Shown in pieces: positions 38,982-51,900 of a stretch of 64,000 bases of DNA. The translations under genes and the position numbers were made by a program. The notes below the pieces were generated by a model, which saw only the letters and a list, made by a program, of their open reading frames with translations, searched no databases and had not been told where the DNA came from. The DNA comes from Hormiphora californensis. Taxonomy: Eukaryota > Animalia > Ctenophora. Position 1 is the first letter of the stretch. Each line of letters opens with the position of its first letter. The stretch is taken from contig CM035362.1 of the NCBI GenBank assembly GCA_020137815.1, positions 3,534,001-3,598,000 on the forward strand, in the 5' to 3' direction.

Positions 38982-40437
38982 TACCGGGCAAAATGGCTTC
39001 CCCCGAGGATCCCGGTAAATCGGGGTCCGACTGTAGTGTGAAGTTTTAACACGATCTAAACTGTTACTAAGGGTTGCTAAGGGTCTATACAATGTCGTGT
39101 TAAAATTTAATTAAAAAAGTTTTTAAAAAAACTACACATTTTTTTCTTCAGATAAGTATTCAGAGATCTGAGAAGTTCATTTTTTGTCCAAATGCACATT
39201 CATTTATTCACATTTCAAGCATATTGGGTCATTTTATTAATATTGGCCCCATTGAATTGAGTGGGCGTGAAGAGGCAAACGCATTCACGCATAAGAATTT
39301 ATCAAACGGCATAGAGTTATTTGATGTTGCTGATATATGAGAAAGATATACCAACTCATTAAAACCCTACAACGAACACCCCCCAATATCACCCCGTTAT
39401 ATTAAATAACAATCAATATAATATATGCAGTAGCCATTCTGGAAAATAGTTGTAGTCCAAAACAATCACAAATAGCACAAAGATAAATATTATATGATTT
39501 TATTTAGTTTTCCTGAATGCCTGGACCCACGCTAACACACGCGAGACCAGTTTGGAGGTCCCCCAGTGGCCCCCACTCCAAGCATTATATAATATCACTT
39601 ATAAGGCGGAAAAGTATGGAAAATGAATATATACTGGCTTTTTCGCTTTTTCGCTATGGACGTCATAGGAACCTGAGATACGTCGCATCACCCCTCACCT
39701 TGGCTATAATGGTACAAGTACATGCGGGCTTTGGTGGAAGCATTAGGGTGAGCTCCATAAAACAGTCTTAGTCCAACCGACATACACGGGACCCGGTGAT
39801 TAGTTTCTAACCGATCACAACGTCAAGGCTGGGTGCATGCATGTTGTCCCGGGTTCCGTGCCGGATCATGAACTGTATCCGACGTGGAGGGATTTTGGAA
39901 GAAGGGAGAGACGCGTAGAGTAGAAGAGAGATTTTGAAAGAGCATAGCCTGATCCGAGAGGTCCCCATGATGACTCGAGGACAGTCGGGGGAATCAGGCT
40001 AGCTGAAAGTAAATCCAGAGTATCTCAGTCGACTCTCTGTGAACTTGAACTGTGGCATGAGGCAGAATATATACTGGCTTGATTAGACTCAATTCGATGA
40101 TCATATTCCAACAGTATGAACATTGAATATTATATCCCGCTCTCTGTCTCTCACTAATGATCTATATTGAACTATTCCAATCAAATCAAGCTTATTTCTT
40201 TTCTCTATCACTTGCAGCTCTATATTATATCACACCAAGAAATTCCTTTCTTATTCTTCTCAATTTTAAACACATGAATTCTGAATAATTTGGCCGAATG
40301 GAAAAGGGAACAATGGGAAAATTAACCTGAATAATAACTTTTGGTATGGGGGGAGGGAAGGGGAGCGGCAGAAGTTGGGGATCGAGGGAGAGAGAAAAGA
40401 GGGGAGGAAAGAGAGGAGAGAGAGGAGAGAGAAAGGG

Positions 40438-40553
40438 GTCTCTCTCTGCTCTCTCTCTCTCTTCTCATCTCTCTCTCCTCTCTCTCTCTCTCTCCTCTCT
40501 CTCTCCTCTCTCTCTCTCTCGCTCTCCTCTCTCTCTCCTCTCCTCTTCTCTCC

Positions 40554-40591
<38 letters not shown>

Positions 40592-40637
40592 GCTCTCTCT
40601 CATCTCTCCTCTCTCTCCCTCTCTCTTCCCTCTCTCT

Positions 40638-40688
<51 letters not shown>

Positions 40689-40987
40689 CTCTTCTCTTCT
40701 TTTCTTCTCCCCCTCCCCTCTCCTTTTCTTCCCTCTCCTCTTCTCTCTCTTTCTCTCTCTCATCTCCTCTCTCTCTCTCTTCCTCTCTCCTCTCTCCTCT
40801 CTCTCTCCTCTCTTCTCCTCTCTCTCTCTCTCTTCTCTCCTCTGCTCTCTCTCTCCTCTCTCTCTCTCTCTCTTTTCTCTCCTCTTCTCTACGGGGCTCC
40901 TTTTTTTGTCCTCACTATAACCACTTATGCCTACCTAATTAATTAACTTCTGCCATCTATCTCTATCTATCTCTCTCGCTCACTATC

Positions 40988-41024
<37 letters not shown>

Positions 41025-41025
41025 A
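40438..41025. repeat. Long (CT)n/(GA)n microsatellite; many others in the window (e.g. 25325, 30694, 31567, 51596, 54945)
   Basis: Read directly from the sequence. Confidence 0.95.
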
Positions 41026-42604
41026 TCCATCTTTATAATTCCCATAATTAACAGGACCTATACAGCTGCAGCAGGAGCCATGTGAAATAGAAAAAGCAGT
41101 AATAATAGCAGTAATTAGCCTAATAGTGTATTATAGTTAATTAGCGGGCCGCAAAGAACTGTATGTGTTACTGCCGTTGTCAAATATCATATGGTTTAGA
41201 ACTCCAAATTAAAACAAGCTGGTTCCAAACAAATTTTCCGTGCTCTCTCGTGCTGAATCGACAATCAACATTGGTCTAGAAATCCTAAATAATAACTGAT
41301 ATATTTTACACATGTAATGCAATACGTCATGTCATTGGAATATACATGCCAAGATCTGATAGAAATTGTCTGAACATTGCATTAGCATGAAACGAAATGA
41401 ATTCATGCATTATCATGAAAGGAATCGATTCGAATATTTACATTGATATATAAACCAAATGTTTAAATGAAATGATTTAGATTGGACCTAATTTAATCTT
41501 AGAGAACTGATCATTACAATATATGATGATTGTGATCTAATAATAATATAATTGAATCGATATAATGAAATCTTTTAACATAAACAATTGGTCACGATGA
41601 TGGCCCGTATAATATAACATCATTCAACTCATAAATCTAATAATCGGTCACAAAATAAATAATAAAACAAAATTAGATTATCACATTTAGAAAATAAATC
41701 TTGCAAGGACGGTAGTGTAGGTTTGTGGAGTCGATATAAAGGGTCAGAAAACACAAAGTTAAAAGTTTGGAAATGTTATAGGCTAGATATATGTTGAGAC
41801 TAGTCGACTAGATATTATATTATATTATGTATGTTGAGGCCAGGCTACTAGTCGACTAGATATATGTACATATAATATGTTGCAACAACATGTTGATAAC
41901 ATTGTACTAATATATTAATAATAATATTTCCAAGCATCTTAATTAAGATTAAAGGGTACACGGTGCAGCGAATTTATCATAGAGTGCTGAATATAACAAC
42001 ATGCCAGGGACTTAACAAACAATTCACACAGACATTGTTTATGAATTGTGTATGGTCACTAATGCAAGTATAAAAGAGATGTACACTAAAATATGTGTAT
42101 AGACAACTATCTCTCATACAGTTTATATACAAATATAATGTGCGATATACACATTCTATTTACTGTGAGTTGTATATAACAACATAATGAAAGGGTAATT
42201 GTTGCATCCGAAACTAGCTCCGGTCCAGCATATCACGCATCACGGCAATAATAATTATTGTAAACATTATTGTCACGTCGATTGATCTATATATGTAATA
42301 ACACATATATCATGAAGATATTATATACCATGAAGATATTATATACACATGAAGACTGAGAAAGTTGCATTGAGAGAAAGAGCAATACGTTGAACAATCA
42401 TCATTTATAGATAAATGATAAACTCTTCAATTCTCTTTCATAACATAATGTCATGAGAGAGGAAATTAGTACATAGACCAAAATAGAGCTATAATTAATT
42501 GCACCAGTCCGTAGCTCCTGTAAACGAAGTTAATTAATTGGCTCATTAATCAAACTTGATCAAAAGAATAATACAGCTGATAGCCCGGAGACAGAGAGCG
42601 ATAA

Positions 42605-42810
42605 AGAGATGCAGATAGAGATGAGGGAGTGATTGGGAGTGAAAGAGAAAGATAGAGATAGAGATGAGGGAGTTAGCGGGAGAGAGAGAGATAGATAGAG
42701 ATAGAGATGAGGGAGTGATTGGGAGTGAAAGAGATAGATATAGATAGAGATGAGGGAGTGATTGGGAGTGAAAGAGACAGATAGAGATAGAGATAGAGAT
42801 GAGGGAGTGA
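42605..42810. repeat. Tandem repeat of about 40 bp (GATAGAGATGAGGGAGTGATTGGGAGTGAAAGA)
   Basis: About 5 units. Confidence 0.8.
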
Positions 42811-45800
42811 CAGCAGTCCATCAAACTCCCTACAATTCAGTGGAATTGGACAATGCAGCACATTCATTCAAGCTGATGTGTAACATTTGGTTTGATAATC
42901 CCTGACACAATTAAATATGTTAGAATGATATAAAAGAAAGGTGATTGCTAAATTAAAGTGGTACCCGATAGGTAACAGTGGTATCAATATTAGTTTCGTA
43001 ATTTATATTCCATCGGCTCCTGCAATGACTGGCCGTCCTCACAAGCTGTGAGATGTTCACACCGAGCTAGAATGAAAAATATGATATGCAATATATTGAT
43101 CTTGAAGATCAGGTGAATAATTTAAGGAAAGAAAGCGAGAGAATGAAGGAGATAGATAGATAGATTCGATAGAAAGAGACAAAGAGAGGGCGAGAAAGAG
43201 AGATTATATTATAATATGGCATGATTATAAGCATTACAATATCACCCTAAATTGATCGAATTAAAGATAGAGATGAATATATTTATTAAATGATGATATT
43301 ATTGAGAAATAGCCAGCCCACAGATTTTGAAAAGGGGTGGAGAGAGAGAGAGAGGGGAGAAGGGGGGAGAAGGAAGGGGAAAAGAGAAGGGTGACGAGAG
43401 AGAGAGAGAGAGAGAGGGAGAAGGATTGGGGGAAGAGAGGGGAGAGAGAGAAAAGGGATAAAAAGGGGGTAAAGGGAGAGGGAGAGAGTGTAAATAGATT
43501 TAAAACGAGCGTTAAGAGAAGGTTTGGAAGCTAATAATTGTAAGGGGAACCTAAAAAAGGGGGAAAAGGGTAGCATAGAAGATAGAGAAAGAGATTTTAA
43601 GAAGAAAAAAGGGGGGAGGGGGGGGAAAAGGGGGGTCAAAGGGGATGGAGAGGCAGTGCAGTGAAGAAAAAAAGAGAGAGAGAGAACCATAAGAGAAGAG
43701 AGGGGAGAAGAGAGAGCGGGGGGGAGAGAGAGGTGATAACTTCATCTTGAGTAATTTAGGAATCCTAATGCCAACATATCATATTTAAAAATAGCTAAAA
43801 AAAATTATTGGGTTTTTGATTTTAAAACAAACTCTATTCCCTGATTGCTTTATAACCCCGGGATTTAAACCCTTTTTAAATTTTAGTTTTTTTTAAAAAC
43901 ATTTCCTACGCGAGTAAAAATATTTTTAAAAAACCCAAAGATAATGTCAAATTTTTTTTAGTGAAAAAATTTTAAATTACATACAAAACCCAAAACCCCC
44001 GAAAACAAAAAAATATGTGAAAATTGGGAAAACAAGATTTAGAAAAACCATTCAATAAAAGGCATTATCGGAAAAAGAATCAAAGATCCTACGAAGGGAA
44101 AAACTAACTTTTTAAAAATCTCGAAATTCAAAACGGGGCGGAAAAAAACCTCAATTAAAAAAAAAGGAGTTTTAAAATGCCCCTTTTAAGAAAAAATAAA
44201 AATTTATTTCTTTCAAGCCCTCATTTTTCGACAGGGTATGTTTAGGGGGAAAAAGGGGATTTTAGAAACCCCCGAAAAAATTTTAAATTTTAAAATTTTT
44301 AAAAAACCCCAAAAAACCCTTGCGGCGGCCATCAAAGCAAAAAAAATTTAATCGAAATTATTTCGCGTTAAAAAAATTATCATACAAAATGGGCCCAACC
44401 CTTTAAAATATATAATAAGGTTTTTTATAAATTTTTATGTAGGGGTATAAGAGTGGATTGGAAACCCAAATTTTAAAAATTTCATTTACTCGAAAGCTAA
44501 AACCTTTCTCCCAAACCCCGTCTCACCCCTCCCCCTCCCCCCCAAAAAAGAAAAAAAAAAAAAAAAATGGGAAAGGAGGGTTTTAAATTAGAAAAAATTT
44601 TTATGTTCTCGCCGGGAAAGGGCCCTGGGTTTTTTTCCCCGCTAAGCAAACTTTAGAACATAAAAAACAAAAAGCGGCCAAAAAAAGGTCGGAAAAAACA
44701 AAATTGAATTTTATATAATCGCGACAGGCATTTTAAAACAGAGGGCCATATTCCTTTAAGGAAACAATAATGACGCAAATTAAAACCCCGCCCCCCCTTT
44801 TTTCCCAATTATCCTTTATTACTCGATCTGTATTAAATTATAATTTTCTCTTTTTTTTTAAAAGTTATTTTTTTTCTCTCTCCCATTGTTTTCTCTGTGT
44901 TAATTCTCTCCTCTCCCCTCCCCCCTCTCCCTCTCCCTCTCTCTTCCCTCTCCTTATTATTTTTTCTCTCTGTATAACAAGAAAAACTAATAAAAGAGAA
45001 AACTTATACATAATTTTTGTTTCTTTCTTGCTTTGTGTTGTACGGAAATCTAGTCACGAAACGTTCGGAAAAAAACCCTTTAAAAAGGTCCAACAATTTA
45101 AATTGACTAAGACAAAAAGGGGAAACGAGAGAGATAGAGAGAGAAAAAAGAGAGAGGATAGAGAAGGGAGAGAAGAAAACGAAAATAAAGGAGAAAGAAG
45201 AATGGGAAATTGGGAAACGGTAAAGACAGAAAAACGGGGAAAATAAAAAAAACAACCCCAAAAGGAAAAAAAAAAGGAGGAAATCGTTAGTGGAAATTTT
45301 TAAAAATTTATGTTAAACGAGGATTTTTGTCTTGAAAATTAAATTAATTAGCCTTCAAGAAAACCCAAAATTTATTAAAGCCGAACTCGCACCGCTCTAC
45401 AAATAGTTTTCCTTTTTATCATAAAAATTTATTTGGGGTATGTAGGGTTTTATATTTATTTTTTTAAAAAAGATGAAGAGCCCCAAATTTAAAATGGGTT
45501 TTCAGCTTGAAAAAATAAAACGGGGGTTCCATTTTCTTCGTATCTCTCCCCCCCCCCCCCAAGATCAACATTTCGGTATTTTTTTTCTTGGATTTTGAAA
45601 ACTTTTGGTTTTTCTGATCTTTGGGTTTGAAAATCAAAAAAATTTTTTTCAGAACTACCTATAGGTATTTCACCAGCTTTTAAATCCACATCATCCCTTA
45701 CACATTTCTCCCTTTTTTTTTTTTTAACCTTTATATCAAAAAAACATAACTTATTTTGTCTCAAAATATTTTTAATATTTATCGATTTTTCTAACTAATA

Positions 45801-47654
45801 TGATAAACATATTTAAATACAGATTGTTTTTAAAACGCTGCAGCCCTTTATCTCTATTGTTAAAAACTGTGCACAAAAGACAATAGATATCTCTCTCCCT
45901 CTCTCCCTCTCTATCTCTCTCTCTCTCTCCCTCTTGATCTATTGGACAATGTCATGATAACAATGACTTGATCCCTATTCTAAATAATGATCATGAGACT
46001 CTCTGAAATCTATACAGAAGAAATGATTTCTCACTCATGTTGTTGAGCAAGACAAGACGTGATAAACGTTGGAAAACAAAGACTAAAAAAGACAATCCTG
46101 AAAAATGAACAAAAATGATGCCATGGCACAAAAAAAAAAAAGACAAAAAAACGAAAAACTAAACGGCAAAATCATAGTGGAGGAACTGTGAAGGCAATCC
46201 CAAAGTAAAAATACTGCCCCTTTTTTTTTAATGAAGTATTTGCTTTTTTTTAAGTTTCAAAAAAAACGATTTTAAATTTTTTTTAAGGGTTTTTCGGAAC
46301 TAAAATTGCATGAACCCCCAAATAGTACGTAAAAACGATTTAGGCTTATACCACAAGAATCCGAAGGAATTCTGCAGGACTTCCTATCATCTATCACAAA
46401 TTGTCTAAAATTTGTGTCGGCATCAAAATTGGCCTTACTCTGTTTTTTACTTCACTTTATTCCCAGTTTAAAATATTTCCGTTGCCTAGACTGATATCGA
46501 CTAAGCATAATTTTTTTCGTGGTAATATCAGAAATTATTTTCCTCAAAAAATATTTCATCTAATAGCAAAAAAAGCACCAAAAAAAGTACTTCATTTGCA
46601 TATACTTCAGAAATTTAACTTCATTCCTAAAAATACTTTTCAAACGTATCAAAAATGCCTAAAAGTAACTTAATCGAACAAAAGTGTACATTGTTTTCAA
46701 AACCCCAATCTTACTTCAATTTTTGGGATAAAAAAAAAAAACAAATTATTTCATTTAACACGCATGAAGTTAAAATGTGTTTAAAATTCTTGCTACCCCT
46801 TAAAGTAACTCCAAAAGCAGCAGCTGCCAGACAAAAAGCCCGCACCAACAAACAGACCCCAAAAAATTAAAACTGCGGGGCGCCTGCAGCAAGCCCCCAC
46901 AGCATAAAGAGATGGGCCCCCGCCCTTCGGGGGAATGTTAAAACATGGGCTAAAATTTGGCGAAAACAAAAAAAACCTATGGAAACCCCCCCAAACTAAG
47001 ACGAACCTGCAGATAAAATCTTGGAAGAAAATCTTTCCGTCCAGTCATCTTTAAAATTGGTTTGGTTTCGGCTTGTAATACAGAGTGAAACATGGAGATT
47101 GGAGTTAAGAATTTTTTTCCCCCCGCCCTCTACCAGGCCGTTTTTCATAAAATAGGACAGACATACAAACAGATCACAGACATACAAACAGATACAGACA
47201 AACACACACAGACACCAGGCCATTTTTTCCAGTTTTAACAACGTTGGCTAAAACCCCAGTCACGTAAAAGAAAAAATAGCTCGGATTGGTTTTTTTTATT
47301 TGGCCCCGGTCCGGTTGCTGAAGATAAGAAAGGTCGACAGAGAGATAATTGATGAGAGGGAACGGGAGTGAGATTTCTCCATTCGGGTTATTCAGAAGAG
47401 GAGTATTTTTCTAGGGTGTGGGAATGAAAAGGACAAACAGTTGTGACAATATATTTTGTTAATTTTTGGATGATTTGTACCGTATTCTTTAATTTTTTAA
47501 AAACATTTCAAATTTTTCCCCGTGAGTGTCCCTAGTCAGGACATGGGAACAGGGGGACAAAGGGAAGGGGTAAATGGTTTAAAAAATGCCCGGGTTTTTT
47601 TTTTACATTGCCCAATAAATTTACAGGGGTAAAACGGGGTTAAGGTACCCCCCC

Positions 47655-48904
47655 TCACTCACCCCCCTCCCTGGTCACCCTGCCTCCTAACTCCCCCCTT
47701 CCCCAGGTCATCCGTCCAAAAACTCACCCCCCCTTCCCCAGGTATCCGCCCCTAACTCCCCCCCTTTCCCTAGGTCATCCTGCCCCAAACCACCCCCCTT
47801 CCCGGGTTTTTTCCGCCCCTTTAACTCACCCCCTTCCCCCGGGTCATCCTGCCTCCTAAACTCACCCCCCCTTCCCCGGGTTACCCTGACCCCTAAAAAA
47901 CCAAACCCCCCTTCCCCAGGTCACCCCTCCCTCCTACTCACCCCCCTTCCCCGGTTTATCCGGCCCCAAACCCCCCCTTCCCCAGGGTCTTTCCCCTCTA
48001 ACCCCCCCCCTTTCCCCCAGGTATCCTGACCCTAATCAACCCCCCTTTCCCAGGTCATCCCCCCTCCCCCCCCCCCCTTTCCTTTTTGTTTCCGCCCCCC
48101 CCCCCTTCCCCAGGGTACCCCCTGCCCTCCTAACTCACCCCCCCATTATTAAAACCCCTCTCACCCCCTTTGGGGCATCCTCCTCCTAACTCACCTCCCT
48201 TCCCCAAAAGGTTTCCCGCCTCCTAATCACCCCCCCCCCCGGGGGATCCTCCTCCAACCCCCCCCCCCTTTCCCCTGGGTTTTCCTTTGCCTCCCCTAAC
48301 TCACCCCCTTCCGGTTTTACCTCCCCCCAAACTCCCCCCCTTTCCCAAGGGCTCCCCCACCCCAATCCTCCCCTAAACTACCCCCCTTCCCTAGGTTTCC
48401 TGCCCCCCTAAAATAACCCCCCTTCCCCCAGGTATCCTGCCTCCTACTCACCCCCCCCCCCCAGGGTTATCCTGCCCCTAACTCACCCCCCCCCTTCCCC
48501 AGGACCCGCCCCTCCCAACTCCCCCCCCCTTTTCCCCCAGGTTTTATCCGGGCCCCTAACTCACCCCCTTTTTAAACCGGTTTCCCGCCAACCTCACCCC
48601 CTTCCCCTAGGTCCCCTGCCTCCTCTCCCACCCCCCCTCCCTCACCCCCCTTCCCCAGGTCATCCTGCCTCCTAACTCACCCCCTTCCCCAGGTCATCCT
48701 GCCTCCTAACTCACCCCCCTTCCCCAGGTCATCCTGCCTCCTAACTCACCCCCCTTCCCTAGGTCATCCTGACCCCTAACTCACCCCCCTTCCCTAGGTC
48801 ATCCTGCCTCCTAACTCACCCCCTTCCCCAGGTCATCCTGCCTCCTAACTCACCCCCTTCCCCAGGTTATCCTGACCCCTAACTCACCCCCCTTCCCCAG
48901 GTCA
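47655..48904 (+). repeat. 32-33 bp minisatellite CCTAACTCACCCCCTTCCCCAGGTCATCCTGCCT
   Basis: Clean units at 48640-48904 and noisy units upstream. Confidence 0.9.
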
Positions 48905-49199
48905 TTGTCTCAGAGTGACACTCTTACATAGAGATAATCCCAGAATCATGATCACCCCGGCCCCCAGACATCTCTTCTCCACTTGTTGAGTTACCTAACA
49001 ACTGGTTGTGTTGTGTCGTTACGACAGTACGGTACTGGAACATAATGCTACCTTTGAATGTGGGGTTCTAAGTTCGAAGAATGAGATTGGAGTGACGTAG
49101 TTGTGACGGTGAGGATGAGTAATTCGAGATGTGAACGATAATTATAATTACTCAGAATAGAATAATTATTATAGGGATCGCCTCCGTTCGACCTTCATC

Positions 49200-49840
49200 A
49201 TGATGATGCTGCAGCAAAGAACAAATCTTGGAAATTACTTCATTTGGCCGGACTTGTGTTATAAATGGCACATATTATAATAAAAAATGAAGTATTCTTA
49301 AGTTATGAAGTATTTTTTCTGGATGCGACAAGAAGCATTTGAATTCCACAGATTTATGAAGCATTTTCAAATTGAAGTAAATGAAGTGAAGTATCTTCTG
49401 ATTTGAAAATACTTCAAACAAAATCTGCAACTGATTTATGAAGCATTTTCAAATTGAAGTAAATGAAGTGAAGTATCTTCTGAGTGGACAATACTTCAAA
49501 CAAAATCTGCAGCTGATTGAAGTATTTCAATAGAATTTTTTAAATGAAGCAAACAACTGAAGCAAATTTTTCTGCGGTTATTACTTCTATGGTAGAAAAG
49601 TTTAACGAAGCAGTATTTATTTCCGAATTATATTAGCGAAGCAATTGCCATTTGCTTCACTTTTCTGCAGTTTTTCAAAAATAAAAGTACTTCACAAAAA
49701 ACACTTCACTCTATTTTTTGAAGATTGAGACACGAGACTTAGCCCATCTTGTAGATCTTTTTCTCCTGATCAAGATGGTATAAATAACTCAAAATCGCCA
49801 AAATTGCAAATACTTCATTCTAAAAAAAAGGGGCAGAATA
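49200..49840. repeat. GAAG(T/C)A-rich dispersed repeat; degraded inverted copy at about 46210-46640
   Basis: Internal duplication GATTTATGAAGCATTTTCAAATTGAAGTAAATGAAGTG. The end GCAAATACTTCATT..AAAAGGGGCAG matches the reverse complement of the sequence at about 46211. Confidence 0.5.
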
Positions 49841-50160
49841 TTGGGCAGTGGGCAGCTCAGTGGGCACCTACTACTAGTGGGCAGTGGGCAGCTCAGTGGG
49901 CGGGATTGATAGAATGAGTTAGAGAAAAAGGAAGAAAGAAGCTAAGTAGCACTTGGCAAACACTTCTTCACTGGCACGCACAGTTGACTGTCTTACCGTC
50001 GTTTTCTATGAAACAAGATTTATTGATGATCTCTTTGATGGTGTATCCTTTTCCCTCTCTCCCTCTCTCACCTAGAAGAACCTACTATGACTAGCCTCTC
50101 TCTTTTTAACTCTTCAATCCAAAGCAACACCTGGGTGTGCTATCTGGTGATCGATATATG

Positions 50161-50252
50161 AGGAAATACTGGTCCCTGATTGGCTGATAACCAGTCACGT
50201 GACCTAAATAACGAGTTCTGATTGGTTGTTTACTTGAGTCGGTCGGTTCCTG
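50161..50252 (-). mobile_element. MITE family A, one end missing
   Basis: Core plus one TIR, flanked by a 21-bp direct repeat. Confidence 0.85.
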
Positions 50253-50713
50253 CTGGGTGTGCTATCTGGTGATATTGGGAAGTGAAAATTCACTGCCTCA
50301 GTGGCAAGTGGCAACAGGTGTCAGTCGATCCCTCGATTTAACGGACGTAGAATAGCTTTTCCTCCAAGACATGCCCGGTAAATTGAGAGTTTACTTTCAG
50401 ACTAATGCTATATACTTAGTCGAGAAAACTAAAAAAGTCAGTCTCTACAAAATCAGGTAACGAGAGAGGTAAGCTAGGTAAGAGAGCGCATCTCAGGGTA
50501 TATCGCTAATATTACATTGCCCATGATACTGGTGAACGGATTTCGTTTGGTGGGGAAATAAAAGAAAGCTGAGAGAAATTATTTGTATCTGTATTTTAAA
50601 ATATGTTGTTTGTCAAATTTACAATAAAAATTGACATATTATTATTTGATTAAAGTTAAAACCATGGTGATGACCATGAGAGAATGCAGACCGGTTTTCT
50701 AGTAGCATTCTAG

Positions 50714-50822
50714 CAGGAACCGACCGAAACAAGTAAACAACCAATCAGAACTCGTTATTTAGGTCACATGACTGGTTATCAGCCAATCAGGGACCAGTAT
50801 TTCCTGATTCGGTCGGTTCCTG
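50714..50822 (+). mobile_element. MITE family A
   Basis: Full TIRs; 8-bp TSD CATTCTAG. Confidence 0.9.
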
Positions 50823-51593
50823 CATTCTAGGTCGTGTTAAAATTTCACCAGGCACGCAGGTCAGTACAGTGTTTATACAAAATTTAATAATTAATTGCAA
50901 AAGTTTTATTCTCACGCAAAATAATACCATAACATATTATATATGTCATGTTTGGTGACACACGTACGCGTAGCGTGGTAAAACGAGATAGAGAGGTGAC
51001 GGCGCCACGAAATGTCATGTAGGAAATCGTACAGTGAGCATAATTTCGTATCTAGATATATTGAGCATTGAGCACCGGAATATGTAGAGAAATAATATAC
51101 CACAGAAGGCACACATATTGGCACACTATATCAGCCCTTTCTCTGATCTTGACTCTTGTGAGCACATGTTATAGGTTAAGGGATATACAGGTGCACAGCG
51201 CCCAAGACAGACGTCCATCTAGACAATTACAGATTGAGAAGATCATGAATAAGGGGAATCATAACATGTGATCAATTATTATGGAAAGAGTTATTATAGC
51301 GTGCTTGACACACACTATTGGTGGTGGTCACTAAAACAAATGTTAAACTACCCTGGGGCACGCCGTGACTAGCTGAGATCAATGAACGAGTTGGCACTTG
51401 ACATGCTCCCAGTCTGTCGACTCTCACACCGGGCCCGGTGTGAGCTTACGCAAACCCGAAGGAGGCGATTTAGGGAATTAGCTAGATTGTAGCAGAGAGG
51501 GATGGTATTGTTAGATGATCAGTTGCAGCTGCGGGGGGGGGTTATATACCTGGACAAATCTTTGACCCTTTCACACAGCTGCAGTCAGCGGGG

Positions 51594-51711
<118 letters not shown>

Positions 51712-51822
51712 AGTGACCTCTGTACTACTATCGGGAGTATAATAAAAGGTGATCATCATACGACTCGATTCACCACAAATTGGTCACATTGTTCATGCAA
51801 TTACAGAGCAAGTTAGGGGACC

Positions 51823-51900
51823 CAAGTAAACAACCAATCAGAACTCGTTATTTAGGTCACGTGACTGGTTATCAGCCAATCAGGGACCAGTATTTCCTGA
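51823..51900 (+). mobile_element. MITE family A internal fragment
   Basis: TIR-less core flanked by a 20-bp direct repeat. Confidence 0.85.

Noticed and set aside
39517-40070. GC-richer, coding-looking stretch
   Set aside because: No consistent frame or recognisable motif, and the surrounding sequence is noisy.
40266-40946. Long SL/ER-rich ORFs (also near 25.3, 30.6, 31.4, 43.3, 51.5 and 54.8 kb)
   Set aside because: Translations of (CT)n/(GA)n microsatellites.
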